NCBI GenBank assembly: GCA_963662945.1
Contig: OY759974.1
Coordinates: 1,184,001-1,248,000 of the forward strand
DNA: 64,000 nt
From: Arcobacteraceae bacterium
GTDB lineage: Bacteria > Campylobacterota > Campylobacteria > Campylobacterales > Arcobacteraceae
Reading direction: 5' to 3'
Under the pieces are notes generated by a model that saw nothing but the letters and a program-made list of their open reading frames with translations, did no database searches and was not told where the DNA came from. Each line of letters opens with the position of its first letter. Position 1 is the first letter of the stretch. Below are positions 39,143-48,503 of this stretch, in pieces. The position numbers and the translations under genes were made by a program.

Positions 39143-40105
39143 CTATTCCTGAATACATATTTCATATTTTGTCATATGTAAAATTGTTTGATATATTACA
39201 ATCATTATAATAATTGTAGTTACAGCTATCATCACATACGAAAGAAGAAGTAAAGCAAAATCATTTAGTTGATGATACATAAGCATTGAACTTATAGCCA
39301 TCGCTGCAACTGGAAATACAAAAGCCCACCAAGAGATGAAAAATTGTATTTTTAAGAAACTTTTATACATAAAAGCTACTAAAAAAGTAAAAAATAATGC
39401 AAGATTAAACAACATCATAGCAAAAGTATCAATAACACCAAAAAGTTTAAAATACGCTATAAATCCAACAGCTGGAGGCGCAATCAAAATAAACATTGTT
39501 GGCATAAATTTGACTGCTAATTGATGATGAAAAATAATTCTATTTAAAATAAGTGAAAATAAAATTATCCAGAAAAATATTCCAACACTAAAGAAATACA
39601 TTAAAACACCATTTGAAGCAAATCCTATACCACCAACTGGTATTAAAACATTTCCAACTATTGGTATAAACCAAGCAGGATTAGAATGTGATAACTCTTG
39701 ATTGTCTTTTATCCAAAAAGCAATTGTATGCATTGTTAAATAAAAATGTAATGCAGTACCAGGATACCAAAATATTGCACTTACTGTTGGATAAGCTTCT
39801 TTATAAATAATTGCTAACATAAGCATCGATATTGATATTGCAGCAAAAAAATTAATTCTAACAGGATGACTAAATTCATTTTTTACAGCACTTGAATAAG
39901 TAAAAAACTTCATAAGATATGTTGCACTCACACCTAAAAAAATAAGTGTAGTTACATACATAAGAGTATTCCCTATAAAATGAGGAAAATGCAACCATAC
40001 TGCTGCTTTTTGATAAGTAATTGTAAGACCACTCATCCCCATTACAATGGCGTACATCATAACAGGGAAAAATTTAAGCCTATTTTTTTCTTGTATAGCT
40101 TCCAA
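39143..40105 (-). CDS. SLAC1/TehA (TDT) family anion channel
   Basis: YAIVMGMSGL, EFSHPVRINFF, PAWFIPIVGN, ILIAPPAV, SWWAFVFP. About 10 TMs. Confidence 0.88.
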   Translation of the reverse strand: MEAIQEKNRLKFFPVMMYAIVMGMSGLTITYQKAAVWLHFPHFIGNTLMYVTTLIFLGVSATYLMKFFTYSSAVKNEFSHPVRINFFAAISISMLMLAIIYKEAYPTVSAIFWYPGTALHFYLTMHTIAFWIKDNQELSHSNPAWFIPIVGNVLIPVGGIGFASNGVLMYFFSVGIFFWIILFSLILNRIIFHHQLAVKFMPTMFILIAPPAVGFIAYFKLFGVIDTFAMMLFNLALFFTFLVAFMYKSFLKIQFFISWWAFVFPVAAMAISSMLMYHQLNDFALLLLSYVMIAVTTIIIMIVIYQTILHMTKYEICIQE

Positions 40106-40194
40106 AAAAATCCTTTTTTTATATAACCTATAATTATAATATATATAAGTTATAATTTTTTCAGGATTTTATCATTTTTATGAACAAATGTCAA

Positions 40195-40398
40195 TTAAAA
40201 GTTTTTAGTAGTATTTATTCCTGGTTTTTCTGGACTACCTACATAATCATTATTTGTATTATAGTTATACTTTATTGCTGCCAAAATTGCACCTACAACT
40301 AAACATATAATAATTACATTTCTTACAGTTTTTCTTTTTTGTGGTGATTCATTATCATTATAATCTTCAATATCTTCTAATGTTGGTTCATTTTTCAT
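40195..40398 (-). CDS. Small single-TM protein
   Basis: EPTLEDIEDY N-terminus plus one TM. Confidence 0.65.
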   Translation of the reverse strand: MKNEPTLEDIEDYNDNESPQKRKTVRNVIIICLVVGAILAAIKYNYNTNNDYVGSPEKPGINTTKNF

Positions 40399-40431
40399 GT
40401 GATTTGCCTTTGTGTTGTTAAATAATAAAGT

Positions 40432-40518
40432 AAAAAAAAGCTAGAAGTGTGTCGCTTCTAGCTCTTTGACGAAATCCAAGTTATGCTTTGGACTTTAAAA
40501 GGAGAGTGTATGAACACT
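40432..40518 (-). ncRNA. Candidate small RNA (~87 nt) with anti-SD stretch and intrinsic terminator
   Basis: -10 TATACT (40524-40529), hairpin AGTGT-TCAT-ACACT, CTCTCCTTTT, hairpin AAGTCCAA..TTGGATTT, terminator AGCTAGAAG..CTTCTAGCT plus U-tract. Confidence 0.6.
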
Positions 40519-40598
40519 GTGAAAGTATATTAAGTTTGGTTTAAACAACTCTTAAATTATATTTGTAACTTATGTTTATTATAATATATTATTAAAAT

Positions 40599-42383
40599 TT
40601 AGCTTAAATAATTTTTATAATACCATATACTAAAGTGCCATAAAGCATAGAAGTGTTGTTTAAATCTATTTTGCTTTGCTTCATTATAGATATATTGAAG
40701 ATAATTTTCATTAAAAAGATTAGTGACATTATTCACAACTATAATATCTTGTATCAGTTTATCTTTATACTCTGCAAAAAGCCATTCATTAAAGGGGCTA
40801 TTAAAGCCTTTTTTTTGCCTATTTATTATCTCTTTTGGAATATATTTTGAAGCTATTTTTTTTAAAAGATATTTATTTGTATTTCCTATTTTTAATTTTG
40901 AGTCAATTTCAAATACTGTATCAACAAGCCGAAAGTCTAAAAATGGATTTCTTGTCTCAACTGAATTTGCCATACTTATTTTATCAACTTTACTTAAAAG
41001 TGCTTCCCCTAACCAAATTTTCATATCTATATAACTCATCCAATCAACAGGGTCTTGTTTTGGATTTTCTGTTTTGAAAGTGGCCACTGAAGTTAAAAGT
41101 TTTTTTCTTTGTGTTTGTGTGAATATTTCTCCAAAACTATTATAAATATTCTCTTTTTTAATTACTCTTCTTAAATATTCAGATTCTTTTGTATTAGTTT
41201 GCAATGCGCCAATAATATCATTTATAAAAAGGTTTTGTTCATCGCTTAATGTTTCACTAAATCTATAATATTTCAAAAACTTAGCATAATTATCATATCC
41301 TAAAAAAAGTTCATCACTTCCCTCTCCGCTTAAAACTGTTTTTATTCCATCATGATGTATTTTTTTTGTTAAATGCAAAAGAGGAATACTAGCAGGATCA
41401 GCATGTGGTTCTTCAAGATTTTCAAATACCTCATCTAAGCTTTCAATAAAATCTCTCTGTCCTATTTCAATAGCTGTGTGGTTACTCTTGATATTTTTGG
41501 CAACTAAAGAGGCATAAGAAAGTTCACAATACTTTTTATTGGTTTTGTATCCTACACTAAATGTGTTTATTTGGTGATTTGTGTGTTGTGAATAAATAGT
41601 TGATATCAAAGAGCTATCAATACCTCCACTGAGTAATGTTCCAACCTCAACATCACTTTTTAGTCTTTGTTTTACACTGTCTACTAATAATTCTTCAATA
41701 GTTTCTAAAGCCCTATTCTCATCTTTTATAGATTTATATGTTTTAATTTTATAGTATTTTTTTATACTTAATTTTCCATTTTCATACAATAAATAACTAC
41801 TTTTATCTAACTTATATATATCTTGATAAAAAGTATATGGAGCCAATGGTGTAAAATATTGTAAATATTGAGAAAGGGCTATTTTATTGAGTTTTGGTGT
41901 GTAGTCTAATAATTTAATAATAGGTTTTATCATGCTAGAAAAAATAAACTTACCATCTTTTTCATAATAAAAAAATGGTTTCTTTCCATATCTATCACGA
42001 GCACAGAAAAATTTGTCTTTAGAAATATCATAAATACAAAAACTAAATGCACCATTAAGAAGATTTAAAAACTCCACATCATACTTTTGATAAAGCCTGA
42101 TTAAAACTTCTGTATCACTTGAAGTTTTACATTCTAGCTTTTCACTTACTTTTAATTCATCATAATTATAAATTTCACCGTTAAAAACGATAAGAATATC
42201 ATCAAAAATCATAGGCTGATTTGCTTCTACATCAAGATCAATGATACTAAGTCGTGTATGTCCAAAAAAGTTATTTTTAATTTGTTTTACAGAAGTATTA
42301 TCAGGTCCTCTATTTTTCATCAAGTTTGTTATTAAATCAAAATCTACAGAAAAATTATAATTTGTACCAACAATTCCACACAT
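40599..42383 (-). CDS. asnB: Asparagine synthase (glutamine-hydrolysing)-like amidotransferase
   Basis: MCGI, RGPD, RLSIID, NGEIYN, SDTEV, LSGGIDS, SGEGSDE, R.PFLD. Confidence 0.88.
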   Translation of the reverse strand: MCGIVGTNYNFSVDFDLITNLMKNRGPDNTSVKQIKNNFFGHTRLSIIDLDVEANQPMIFDDILIVFNGEIYNYDELKVSEKLECKTSSDTEVLIRLYQKYDVEFLNLLNGAFSFCIYDISKDKFFCARDRYGKKPFFYYEKDGKFIFSSMIKPIIKLLDYTPKLNKIALSQYLQYFTPLAPYTFYQDIYKLDKSSYLLYENGKLSIKKYYKIKTYKSIKDENRALETIEELLVDSVKQRLKSDVEVGTLLSGGIDSSLISTIYSQHTNHQINTFSVGYKTNKKYCELSYASLVAKNIKSNHTAIEIGQRDFIESLDEVFENLEEPHADPASIPLLHLTKKIHHDGIKTVLSGEGSDELFLGYDNYAKFLKYYRFSETLSDEQNLFINDIIGALQTNTKESEYLRRVIKKENIYNSFGEIFTQTQRKKLLTSVATFKTENPKQDPVDWMSYIDMKIWLGEALLSKVDKISMANSVETRNPFLDFRLVDTVFEIDSKLKIGNTNKYLLKKIASKYIPKEIINRQKKGFNSPFNEWLFAEYKDKLIQDIIVVNNVTNLFNENYLQYIYNEAKQNRFKQHFYALWHFSIWYYKNYLS

Positions 42384-42385
42384 TA

Positions 42386-44488
42386 TTACACCTTTAACTT
42401 ATAAACTTTTGCAAGTGGAGTCAAAATAATTGGCTCAAAAAATTTTGTATTATAATTTTCCAATACAAATAATTGTACATAAGTAGAATTGTACTCACTA
42501 TTGTTTAATATTAAAAACTGATCATAATTACTCATATAAATAAGATTAATATCTGATTGATTATCGATTACTGTTTTTTGAATTTGTAATTTATTATTTT
42601 TATCATAAAATGTTGTTACAAAATTATTTATTGAATAGCTTTTGCCATTGATTTGTAAAGTTCCATTGAGTTTATTCACTTGTATGTCATTTCCTAAATC
42701 TATAGAATTATTATATTCTTTAAAAGTATCGAAAAAATAAAAAAGAGGCTCAATCCCTTTTTCCCCTGACATTAAATCAATATTTGAAAATGTATTAATA
42801 GTTGTATATATTCCCATCATTTGATTTGGAAGATACAGATAAATATCTCTCGTTTTTTGTGGCAATTTCACATCATATCCTAAAGCTTCCAAAAAATCAT
42901 TGGTATCTTTAAATCCATAATCGAAAGTCATATTAGCTATATTTGTTTTTTGAGGTAGAGTTTGTGATCTATTTTCTGTATATTCAACTTCCAATCTTAA
43001 AATTTTTGCTGATTGTTCTTGTGGATGAGTCAAAGCAAAACTAATAGGGAAATTTACAGCTCCACTATGTTTTCCACCATCACTTAATGTTTTAGTATCA
43101 CTATAATATCTAATTGGATAACCATAATCCCACCATGAAACAACATAGTCGTCTCGAGATGCAATTTGTTTTAAACTATCCAAAACTGCTACTTCATCTT
43201 TTATAAAAACTGTAGGTACTTTATATTTGATAATATGGTTAATATTAGGTAATAATACTAAACTAGTTAATAGAACTATTGCAGTGTATCTCTGTGTTTT
43301 ATTTTGCAAAAAACTTGCAATTTGTATTATAAAAAATCCCACACCTAAAGCTATGACTGGCACGGCATATATAGTAAATCTTAATCCACTACTATAAGAC
43401 AAAAGACCAAGCCCAACCATAGGTAGAGATAAAAGCATAATAGGATAACGAGATAGTAACCATATATAGCCAATGATACCCACAATAAAAGTTATAATAT
43501 GTCCACTAATTCGCTCTGACAAAACTTTAAAAGATATTCCACTCGCTTCTCGTACAGTTTGCATTACGGTATAAAAATGCAATTGTAAATCATCACTTAT
43601 AACAGATATGCTTTCTTTAAAAACGTAGTTTTTTAATTGTCCTAAAATAGGGTCCAATCCCCCACTTACAATAAAAACTATAATTGCTATTATAAAAAAA
43701 AGGTAAATATTTTTTTGAAATATTTTTTCTTTCAATTTTAATAATATAAACAATCCAACTACAATAATAAATCGAAGATACCCATCAAGTCCCATCATTG
43801 CAAACAATATAAATGTTAAAAGAATCAGATTAAATTGATAAGACTCTTTTTTTATATATTGATAGATTGCATAAGCCAATATAAGTCCAAAAAATGCAAA
43901 CTCCAAACTATAACTTTGTGGATACCACCATCTATAAGCAATAATATCTAATGCTGTAAATAAAAGATATTTTTCCTCTTGAGTTCGTAAAGCCAAAACC
44001 AACGACCAAAGTAAAATAGTTGGAAATACGATATTTAAAAAATCAGTGTCATAGTATCCTATCATAGTACGATTATAATAACTCAAAGCAATACTTGAAA
44101 GTAAAGCTGCTATAAAACCAACTTCAACTTTCCCAAGATTTTTACCTATAAGTATAATCGGTATAACAATAAGTGAAGCAAAAAATGCAGGTATATAAAA
44201 TATAATAGATTCAAAACTCAAAGGAAGAATCTTAGCTATTAAAGCTGTTAATTGTGATGTTGCACTTTGGATAGGAGAGTTTTCATTGATATTTTGACTT
44301 CCACTTAAAATATCTCTGGCACCTTCTGCCCAATAGTAACCATCATTAGTATTTATCATAAACTGACCATTAAACTTAAACTGTTCATAGGCACTAAACT
44401 GATATATCCAAATAAGTCGTAATGAGAAACTAAAAATAAAAGCTATTAAAACTAAAAGTATGGTTTGTTTATTTTTTGAAAGTATCAC
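42386..44488 (-). CDS. pglB: STT3-family N-oligosaccharyltransferase PglB
   Basis: NTNDGYYWAEGARD, YYDTD, TVRE, RF..Y, WWDYGY, DGGKH. Confidence 0.93.
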   Translation of the reverse strand: MILSKNKQTILLVLIAFIFSFSLRLIWIYQFSAYEQFKFNGQFMINTNDGYYWAEGARDILSGSQNINENSPIQSATSQLTALIAKILPLSFESIIFYIPAFFASLIVIPIILIGKNLGKVEVGFIAALLSSIALSYYNRTMIGYYDTDFLNIVFPTILLWSLVLALRTQEEKYLLFTALDIIAYRWWYPQSYSLEFAFFGLILAYAIYQYIKKESYQFNLILLTFILFAMMGLDGYLRFIIVVGLFILLKLKEKIFQKNIYLFFIIAIIVFIVSGGLDPILGQLKNYVFKESISVISDDLQLHFYTVMQTVREASGISFKVLSERISGHIITFIVGIIGYIWLLSRYPIMLLSLPMVGLGLLSYSSGLRFTIYAVPVIALGVGFFIIQIASFLQNKTQRYTAIVLLTSLVLLPNINHIIKYKVPTVFIKDEVAVLDSLKQIASRDDYVVSWWDYGYPIRYYSDTKTLSDGGKHSGAVNFPISFALTHPQEQSAKILRLEVEYTENRSQTLPQKTNIANMTFDYGFKDTNDFLEALGYDVKLPQKTRDIYLYLPNQMMGIYTTINTFSNIDLMSGEKGIEPLFYFFDTFKEYNNSIDLGNDIQVNKLNGTLQINGKSYSINNFVTTFYDKNNKLQIQKTVIDNQSDINLIYMSNYDQFLILNNSEYNSTYVQLFVLENYNTKFFEPIILTPLAKVYKLKV

Positions 44489-44549
44489 CGATTATTGTTC
44501 CTAGTTATTTATGAAATAATATAGGTTCTTTGCTTAAATTAGTAAAAAT

Positions 44550-44602
44550 AAAAAAACCTCGATAAAACTATTCTCTACAGAATAAATTTTATCGAGGTTT
44601 TT
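44550..44602 (-). terminator. Long hairpin terminator after tRNA-Arg
   Basis: 16-bp perfect inverted repeat AAAAACCTCGATAAAA / TTTTATCGAGGTTTTT. Confidence 0.75.
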
Positions 44603-44605
44603 ATA

Positions 44606-44682
44606 TGGTACGCCTAGTAGGATTCGAACCCACAACCGCCGGGGCCGAAACCCAGTGCTATATCCAGTTAAGCCATAGACGC
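44606..44682 (-). tRNA. tRNA-Arg (UCG)
   Basis: Cloverleaf GCGTCTA..TAGGCGT-ACCA, anticodon loop TT-TCG-GC, GGTTCGAATCC T-arm. Confidence 0.93.
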
Positions 44683-44761
44683 ATTTGTGTTATGTAATTA
44701 TAGATAAAAAAAGATAAAAGAAAAATCTTTTACCTTTTTTAATATTATAAAATTAAAAAGA

Positions 44762-44974
44762 TTACAGTCTAGACTCGTATCTTCTTAACATATAAAGTTT
44801 TTTAAGCATTTTCTTTCTTGCATTGATTTTTTGTTTCTTTTTCTTTTCAGGATTAGATTCAAAATATCTTCTTGCTCTTGTTTCTGTAACGATTAAGCTT
44901 CTATCACATTGTTTTTTAAATCTTCTATACGCTTCTTCGAAAGATTCGTTTTCTTTTACTTTTATACCTGGCAT
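44762..44974 (-). CDS. rpsU: 30S ribosomal protein S21
   Basis: [23 protein letters not shown]. Confidence 0.97.
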   Translation of the reverse strand: MPGIKVKENESFEEAYRRFKKQCDRSLIVTETRARRYFESNPEKKKKQKINARKKMLKKLYMLRRYESRL

Positions 44975-45115
44975 TGTTCAATCACCCACTTTCTTGCATA
45001 GATTTAATGGCTCTTTGGCTCACTATTGCTTTTTTCTAAGAGGCGAATTGTATATAAATTTGTCTTAATAATACTTTAAGTATAATATAATTATTAAATA
45101 TTACAAAGGATTTTA

Positions 45116-45589
45116 GTGGAAAACCTAACCCATTTAGACCAAAACCATAGACCAAAGATGGTAGATGTATCTTCTAAAGAGGATACTACAAGAGTAGCAG
45201 TTGCTAGTGGAATTATAACAATGAGTAACGAAGCATTTGCTAATGTAATATCAAATCAAAATAAAAAAGGACCTGTAATACAAACAGCAGTAGTTGCAGC
45301 AATTATGGGAACAAAAAAAACACCTGAACTTATTCCTATGTGCCATCCACTACTACTAACAGGTATTAATTGTGATGTAGAACAATTAGATGAGTTGCCA
45401 GGATTTAAACTAACAGTTACAGCAAAATTAAAAGGACAAACAGGTGTAGAGATGGAAGCACTAACAGGAGTATCTATAGGATTACTTACTATTTATGATA
45501 TGGTGAAAGCCATTGATAAAGGTATGATAATATCAAATGTACAACTTGAACATAAAAGTGGTGGAAAATCTGGAGATTTTAATAGATAA
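45116..45589 (+). CDS. moaC: Cyclic pyranopterin monophosphate synthase MoaC
   Basis: [39 protein letters not shown]. Confidence 0.96.
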   Translation: MENLTHLDQNHRPKMVDVSSKEDTTRVAVASGIITMSNEAFANVISNQNKKGPVIQTAVVAAIMGTKKTPELIPMCHPLLLTGINCDVEQLDELPGFKLTVTAKLKGQTGVEMEALTGVSIGLLTIYDMVKAIDKGMIISNVQLEHKSGGKSGDFNR

Positions 45590-45601
45590 GGAGAATAAAT
45601 A

Positions 45602-45865
45602 ATGATAGATTTAAATCAACATAAAGTAAAACTAGATTACCCATGTAGTTGGGAATATAAAATTGTAATTTTAAGTGAACATAACATCAATCCAATTGTA
45701 AAAGAGATTTTAGCAGATAGAGAGCATAAAATAAAACCATCAAAAAAAAGTACAAAAGGAAAGTTTGAAAGTTTTTCTTTAGAACTTACTGTTCATAGTG
45801 ATGAAGATCGAACAGGGATTTATCATATGCTCGGAAAACATGAACGAATAAAAATGGTTGTATAA
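45602..45865 (+). CDS. DUF493/YbeD-like protein
   Basis: LDYPCSWEYKIV, SKKSTKGKF.S, IKMVV. Confidence 0.8.
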   Translation: MIDLNQHKVKLDYPCSWEYKIVILSEHNINPIVKEILADREHKIKPSKKSTKGKFESFSLELTVHSDEDRTGIYHMLGKHERIKMVV

Positions 45866-45868
45866 AAT

Positions 45869-46237
45869 ATGGAAAATATTCTTTATCAAAATGAACTTAT
45901 CAGAGTTGAGATTGAAGCCTCGGAAATACCTTGGTTAAAAATATTTACACAACAACCAATAAAAGAATTTAGTCAATGTGATACTGAAACAAAAATGGAA
46001 ATATTACGCGTTTTAGATATTTGTGAAAAAGAGATGTTAGCATATTTTAATCCAGATAAAATCAATATTGCTTCATTTGGAAATTATGTACCACATGTAC
46101 ATTTTCATATTCAAGCACGATTTAAAAATGACAGTTATTTCCCTGAACCAACTTGGGGTAAAAAACAAAGAGAATCACACCTAGATTTACCTGATAAAAA
46201 TAAATTTTACGAAAATTTAATTTTGAAGTTAAATTAG
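45869..46237 (+). CDS. HIT-family nucleotide hydrolase
   Basis: PDKINIASFGNYVPHVHFHI. Confidence 0.88.
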   Translation: MENILYQNELIRVEIEASEIPWLKIFTQQPIKEFSQCDTETKMEILRVLDICEKEMLAYFNPDKINIASFGNYVPHVHFHIQARFKNDSYFPEPTWGKKQRESHLDLPDKNKFYENLILKLN

Positions 46238-46252
46238 GCTATAATCCAATCT

Positions 46253-46993
46253 ATGAATAGAAGACACTTTTTATTATTATCAACACTATCACCTATTTTT
46301 GCGAAAGATTTTTTGACTTTAAATAATGAAGTTAATTTAGATATTAATGACTTAAATACTTTATATACTCTTGACTATAGACTAAGAAAACTGAGACGTT
46401 TTGTAGGATATGCGAATTTTAATATTATCTCATTTGATGAAGCATTATACTATGCAAGAAATTATCCGGTTATTGGTGAATTTACAAAACAAGAAATAGC
46501 TCTTATTGAGAAAATTTTTTATGTGACCCCTTCCAACTTTGGTTTTTATGGGGAAAAAACCGTTCAAAATATTTCACAAGCAATCTCTGAAAAAGACATA
46601 GTAAAAATAGGTTATTCTGGGCACTTTTTATTTAAAGGAAAACCCCTAGAAGATTACAATAGAATTAAAAAAGATGTAGGGGAGAGTATTGTTTTAACTT
46701 CAGGAATAAGAAATGTTGTAAAACAATTAAGCCTCTATGTATCTAAAGTTAAATCTCTCAATGGAAACCTCACAAAAGCTTCTTCAATTATTGCACCTCC
46801 AGCTTACACATACCATGCAATTAGTGATTTTGATATTGGGAAAAAAGGCTGGGGAGATAAAAACTTTACAGCAGATTTTGCACGAACAGAAGAGTTCGAA
46901 AAGATGCGAAAACTTAACTACATCAGTATAAGATATACTCTAAATAATAAAGATGGTGTACGTTTTGAACCTTGGCATGTAAAGGTTATATAA
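46253..46993 (+). CDS. M15B-family D,D-carboxypeptidase with Tat-like signal
   Basis: MNRRHFL, TSGIR..Q, APPAYTYHAISDFD, FEPWH. Confidence 0.8.
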   Translation: MNRRHFLLLSTLSPIFAKDFLTLNNEVNLDINDLNTLYTLDYRLRKLRRFVGYANFNIISFDEALYYARNYPVIGEFTKQEIALIEKIFYVTPSNFGFYGEKTVQNISQAISEKDIVKIGYSGHFLFKGKPLEDYNRIKKDVGESIVLTSGIRNVVKQLSLYVSKVKSLNGNLTKASSIIAPPAYTYHAISDFDIGKKGWGDKNFTADFARTEEFEKMRKLNYISIRYTLNNKDGVRFEPWHVKVI

Positions 46994-48499
46994 ATGATAA
47001 AATTCACAAATTTAGTTCTTTTGATTTTACTATTTTCATTTTATGGATGTAGTAAAAAAGAGAATACAAATCCAAAAGCAATAAACAAAACACAATATGT
47101 GCAAACTATACAGCCTGAAATAACATCAACAAAAGTTCCTGTTGAAGAAATTATTTTAAAAGACCAACCAAGTATATCTATTGTCAAACAGAAGCAAACG
47201 CAACAAACTTTACGAAAAAGTTGTGAGATAGATGTAAAAGATATGAATGAGTTTCAGTTTGATATTATAAAAAAGGGAATTCAAGATGATAATACTCTTT
47301 TAGTTGTAGGTGGCATACAAGGTGATGAACCAGGTGGATTTATGGCAGCTTCACTTATGACTACACATTATGATATTCAAAAAGGTTCTGTTTGGATAGT
47401 TCCAAATCTCAACTTTTATAGTATTATAAAAAGAAGTCGTGGACCATTTGGAGATATGAATAGAAAATTTGCATCACTCTCTAAAGATGATCCAGAATAT
47501 GAAACAGTGCAAAGAATAAAAAAATATATTACAGATGAACAAGTAAAACTTATTTTAAATCTTCATGATGGGAGTGGTTTTTATAGACCTATGTATATAG
47601 ATCAATGGCATCAACCTCGTACTTGGGGGCAAAGTAGTGTTATTGATCAAGAGATACTTCACAATGTTGAAAAATACTCAGATACATACTCAATATCAGA
47701 AGAGGTTGTAAATCATCTCAATAAATTTCTCCTAAAAGAAGAAGATAGATATAGAACAAAAAATACCCATACTAGATTTAACAAAACTCAAGAAGAACAA
47801 GAGATGTCAAAAACACTTACTTATTTTGCTGTAACTCATGGCAAAGCAGCTTTTGGACATGAAACAAGCAAAAGTTTAAATGTAGACGAAAGAGTTTATT
47901 ATAAATTAATCGCTATTGAAAAATATATGGATATTATGGGAATAAAATATAAAAGAAAATTTCCTTTAACACTTGATGGTGTAAAACATGCATTAAATGA
48001 TGATATTAGTATCACTTTCAATGATACAAATATAAAAATGCCTCTTAAAGATATAAGAAATATTCAAAACTATTTTCCAGTTAAAAAAGATGGAGTGGTT
48101 ACATACTTACCAAGTAATCCTTTGATAAAAATTATTAAAAACGATAATATATACTCAATCTATTATGGAAATAGAAGATTAACACAACTAGTTGCAGATT
48201 ATACTGAACATTTAAATTTTGATACAGAAATCACAATGAATATAGACAATCAAATGAAAAAAATCAAATTTGGAGATACAATAAATGTCAAAAAAGATTT
48301 TTTAGTTGTTGATGAAAAACAATTTCGAGTTAATGTTATTGGGTATACAAATTCTTCAGGAATTGAAACTGATAAAAAAATATCAAAAGATATGTTCATG
48401 CAAAGATATTCCATAGAAAAAAATGGAAATATTTATAGAATTGAATTTTATAAAAATCAAAAATTTGCAGGGATGATACTTGTAAATTTCATAAGTTAG
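46994..48499 (+). CDS. M99 (Csd4/Pgp1-like) peptidoglycan D,L-carboxypeptidase, lipoprotein
   Basis: Lipobox FYGC, GGIQGDEPGG, PNLN, GDMNRKF, LHDGSG, ETSK. Confidence 0.82.
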   Translation: MIKFTNLVLLILLFSFYGCSKKENTNPKAINKTQYVQTIQPEITSTKVPVEEIILKDQPSISIVKQKQTQQTLRKSCEIDVKDMNEFQFDIIKKGIQDDNTLLVVGGIQGDEPGGFMAASLMTTHYDIQKGSVWIVPNLNFYSIIKRSRGPFGDMNRKFASLSKDDPEYETVQRIKKYITDEQVKLILNLHDGSGFYRPMYIDQWHQPRTWGQSSVIDQEILHNVEKYSDTYSISEEVVNHLNKFLLKEEDRYRTKNTHTRFNKTQEEQEMSKTLTYFAVTHGKAAFGHETSKSLNVDERVYYKLIAIEKYMDIMGIKYKRKFPLTLDGVKHALNDDISITFNDTNIKMPLKDIRNIQNYFPVKKDGVVTYLPSNPLIKIIKNDNIYSIYYGNRRLTQLVADYTEHLNFDTEITMNIDNQMKKIKFGDTINVKKDFLVVDEKQFRVNVIGYTNSSGIETDKKISKDMFMQRYSIEKNGNIYRIEFYKNQKFAGMILVNFIS

Positions 48500-48503
48500 G
48501 ACT

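Noticed and set aside
44550-44682. tRNA-Arg plus long inverted repeat as a possible island integration site
   Set aside because: No duplicated tRNA 3' end or adjacent integrase seen. The repeat is explained as a terminator.
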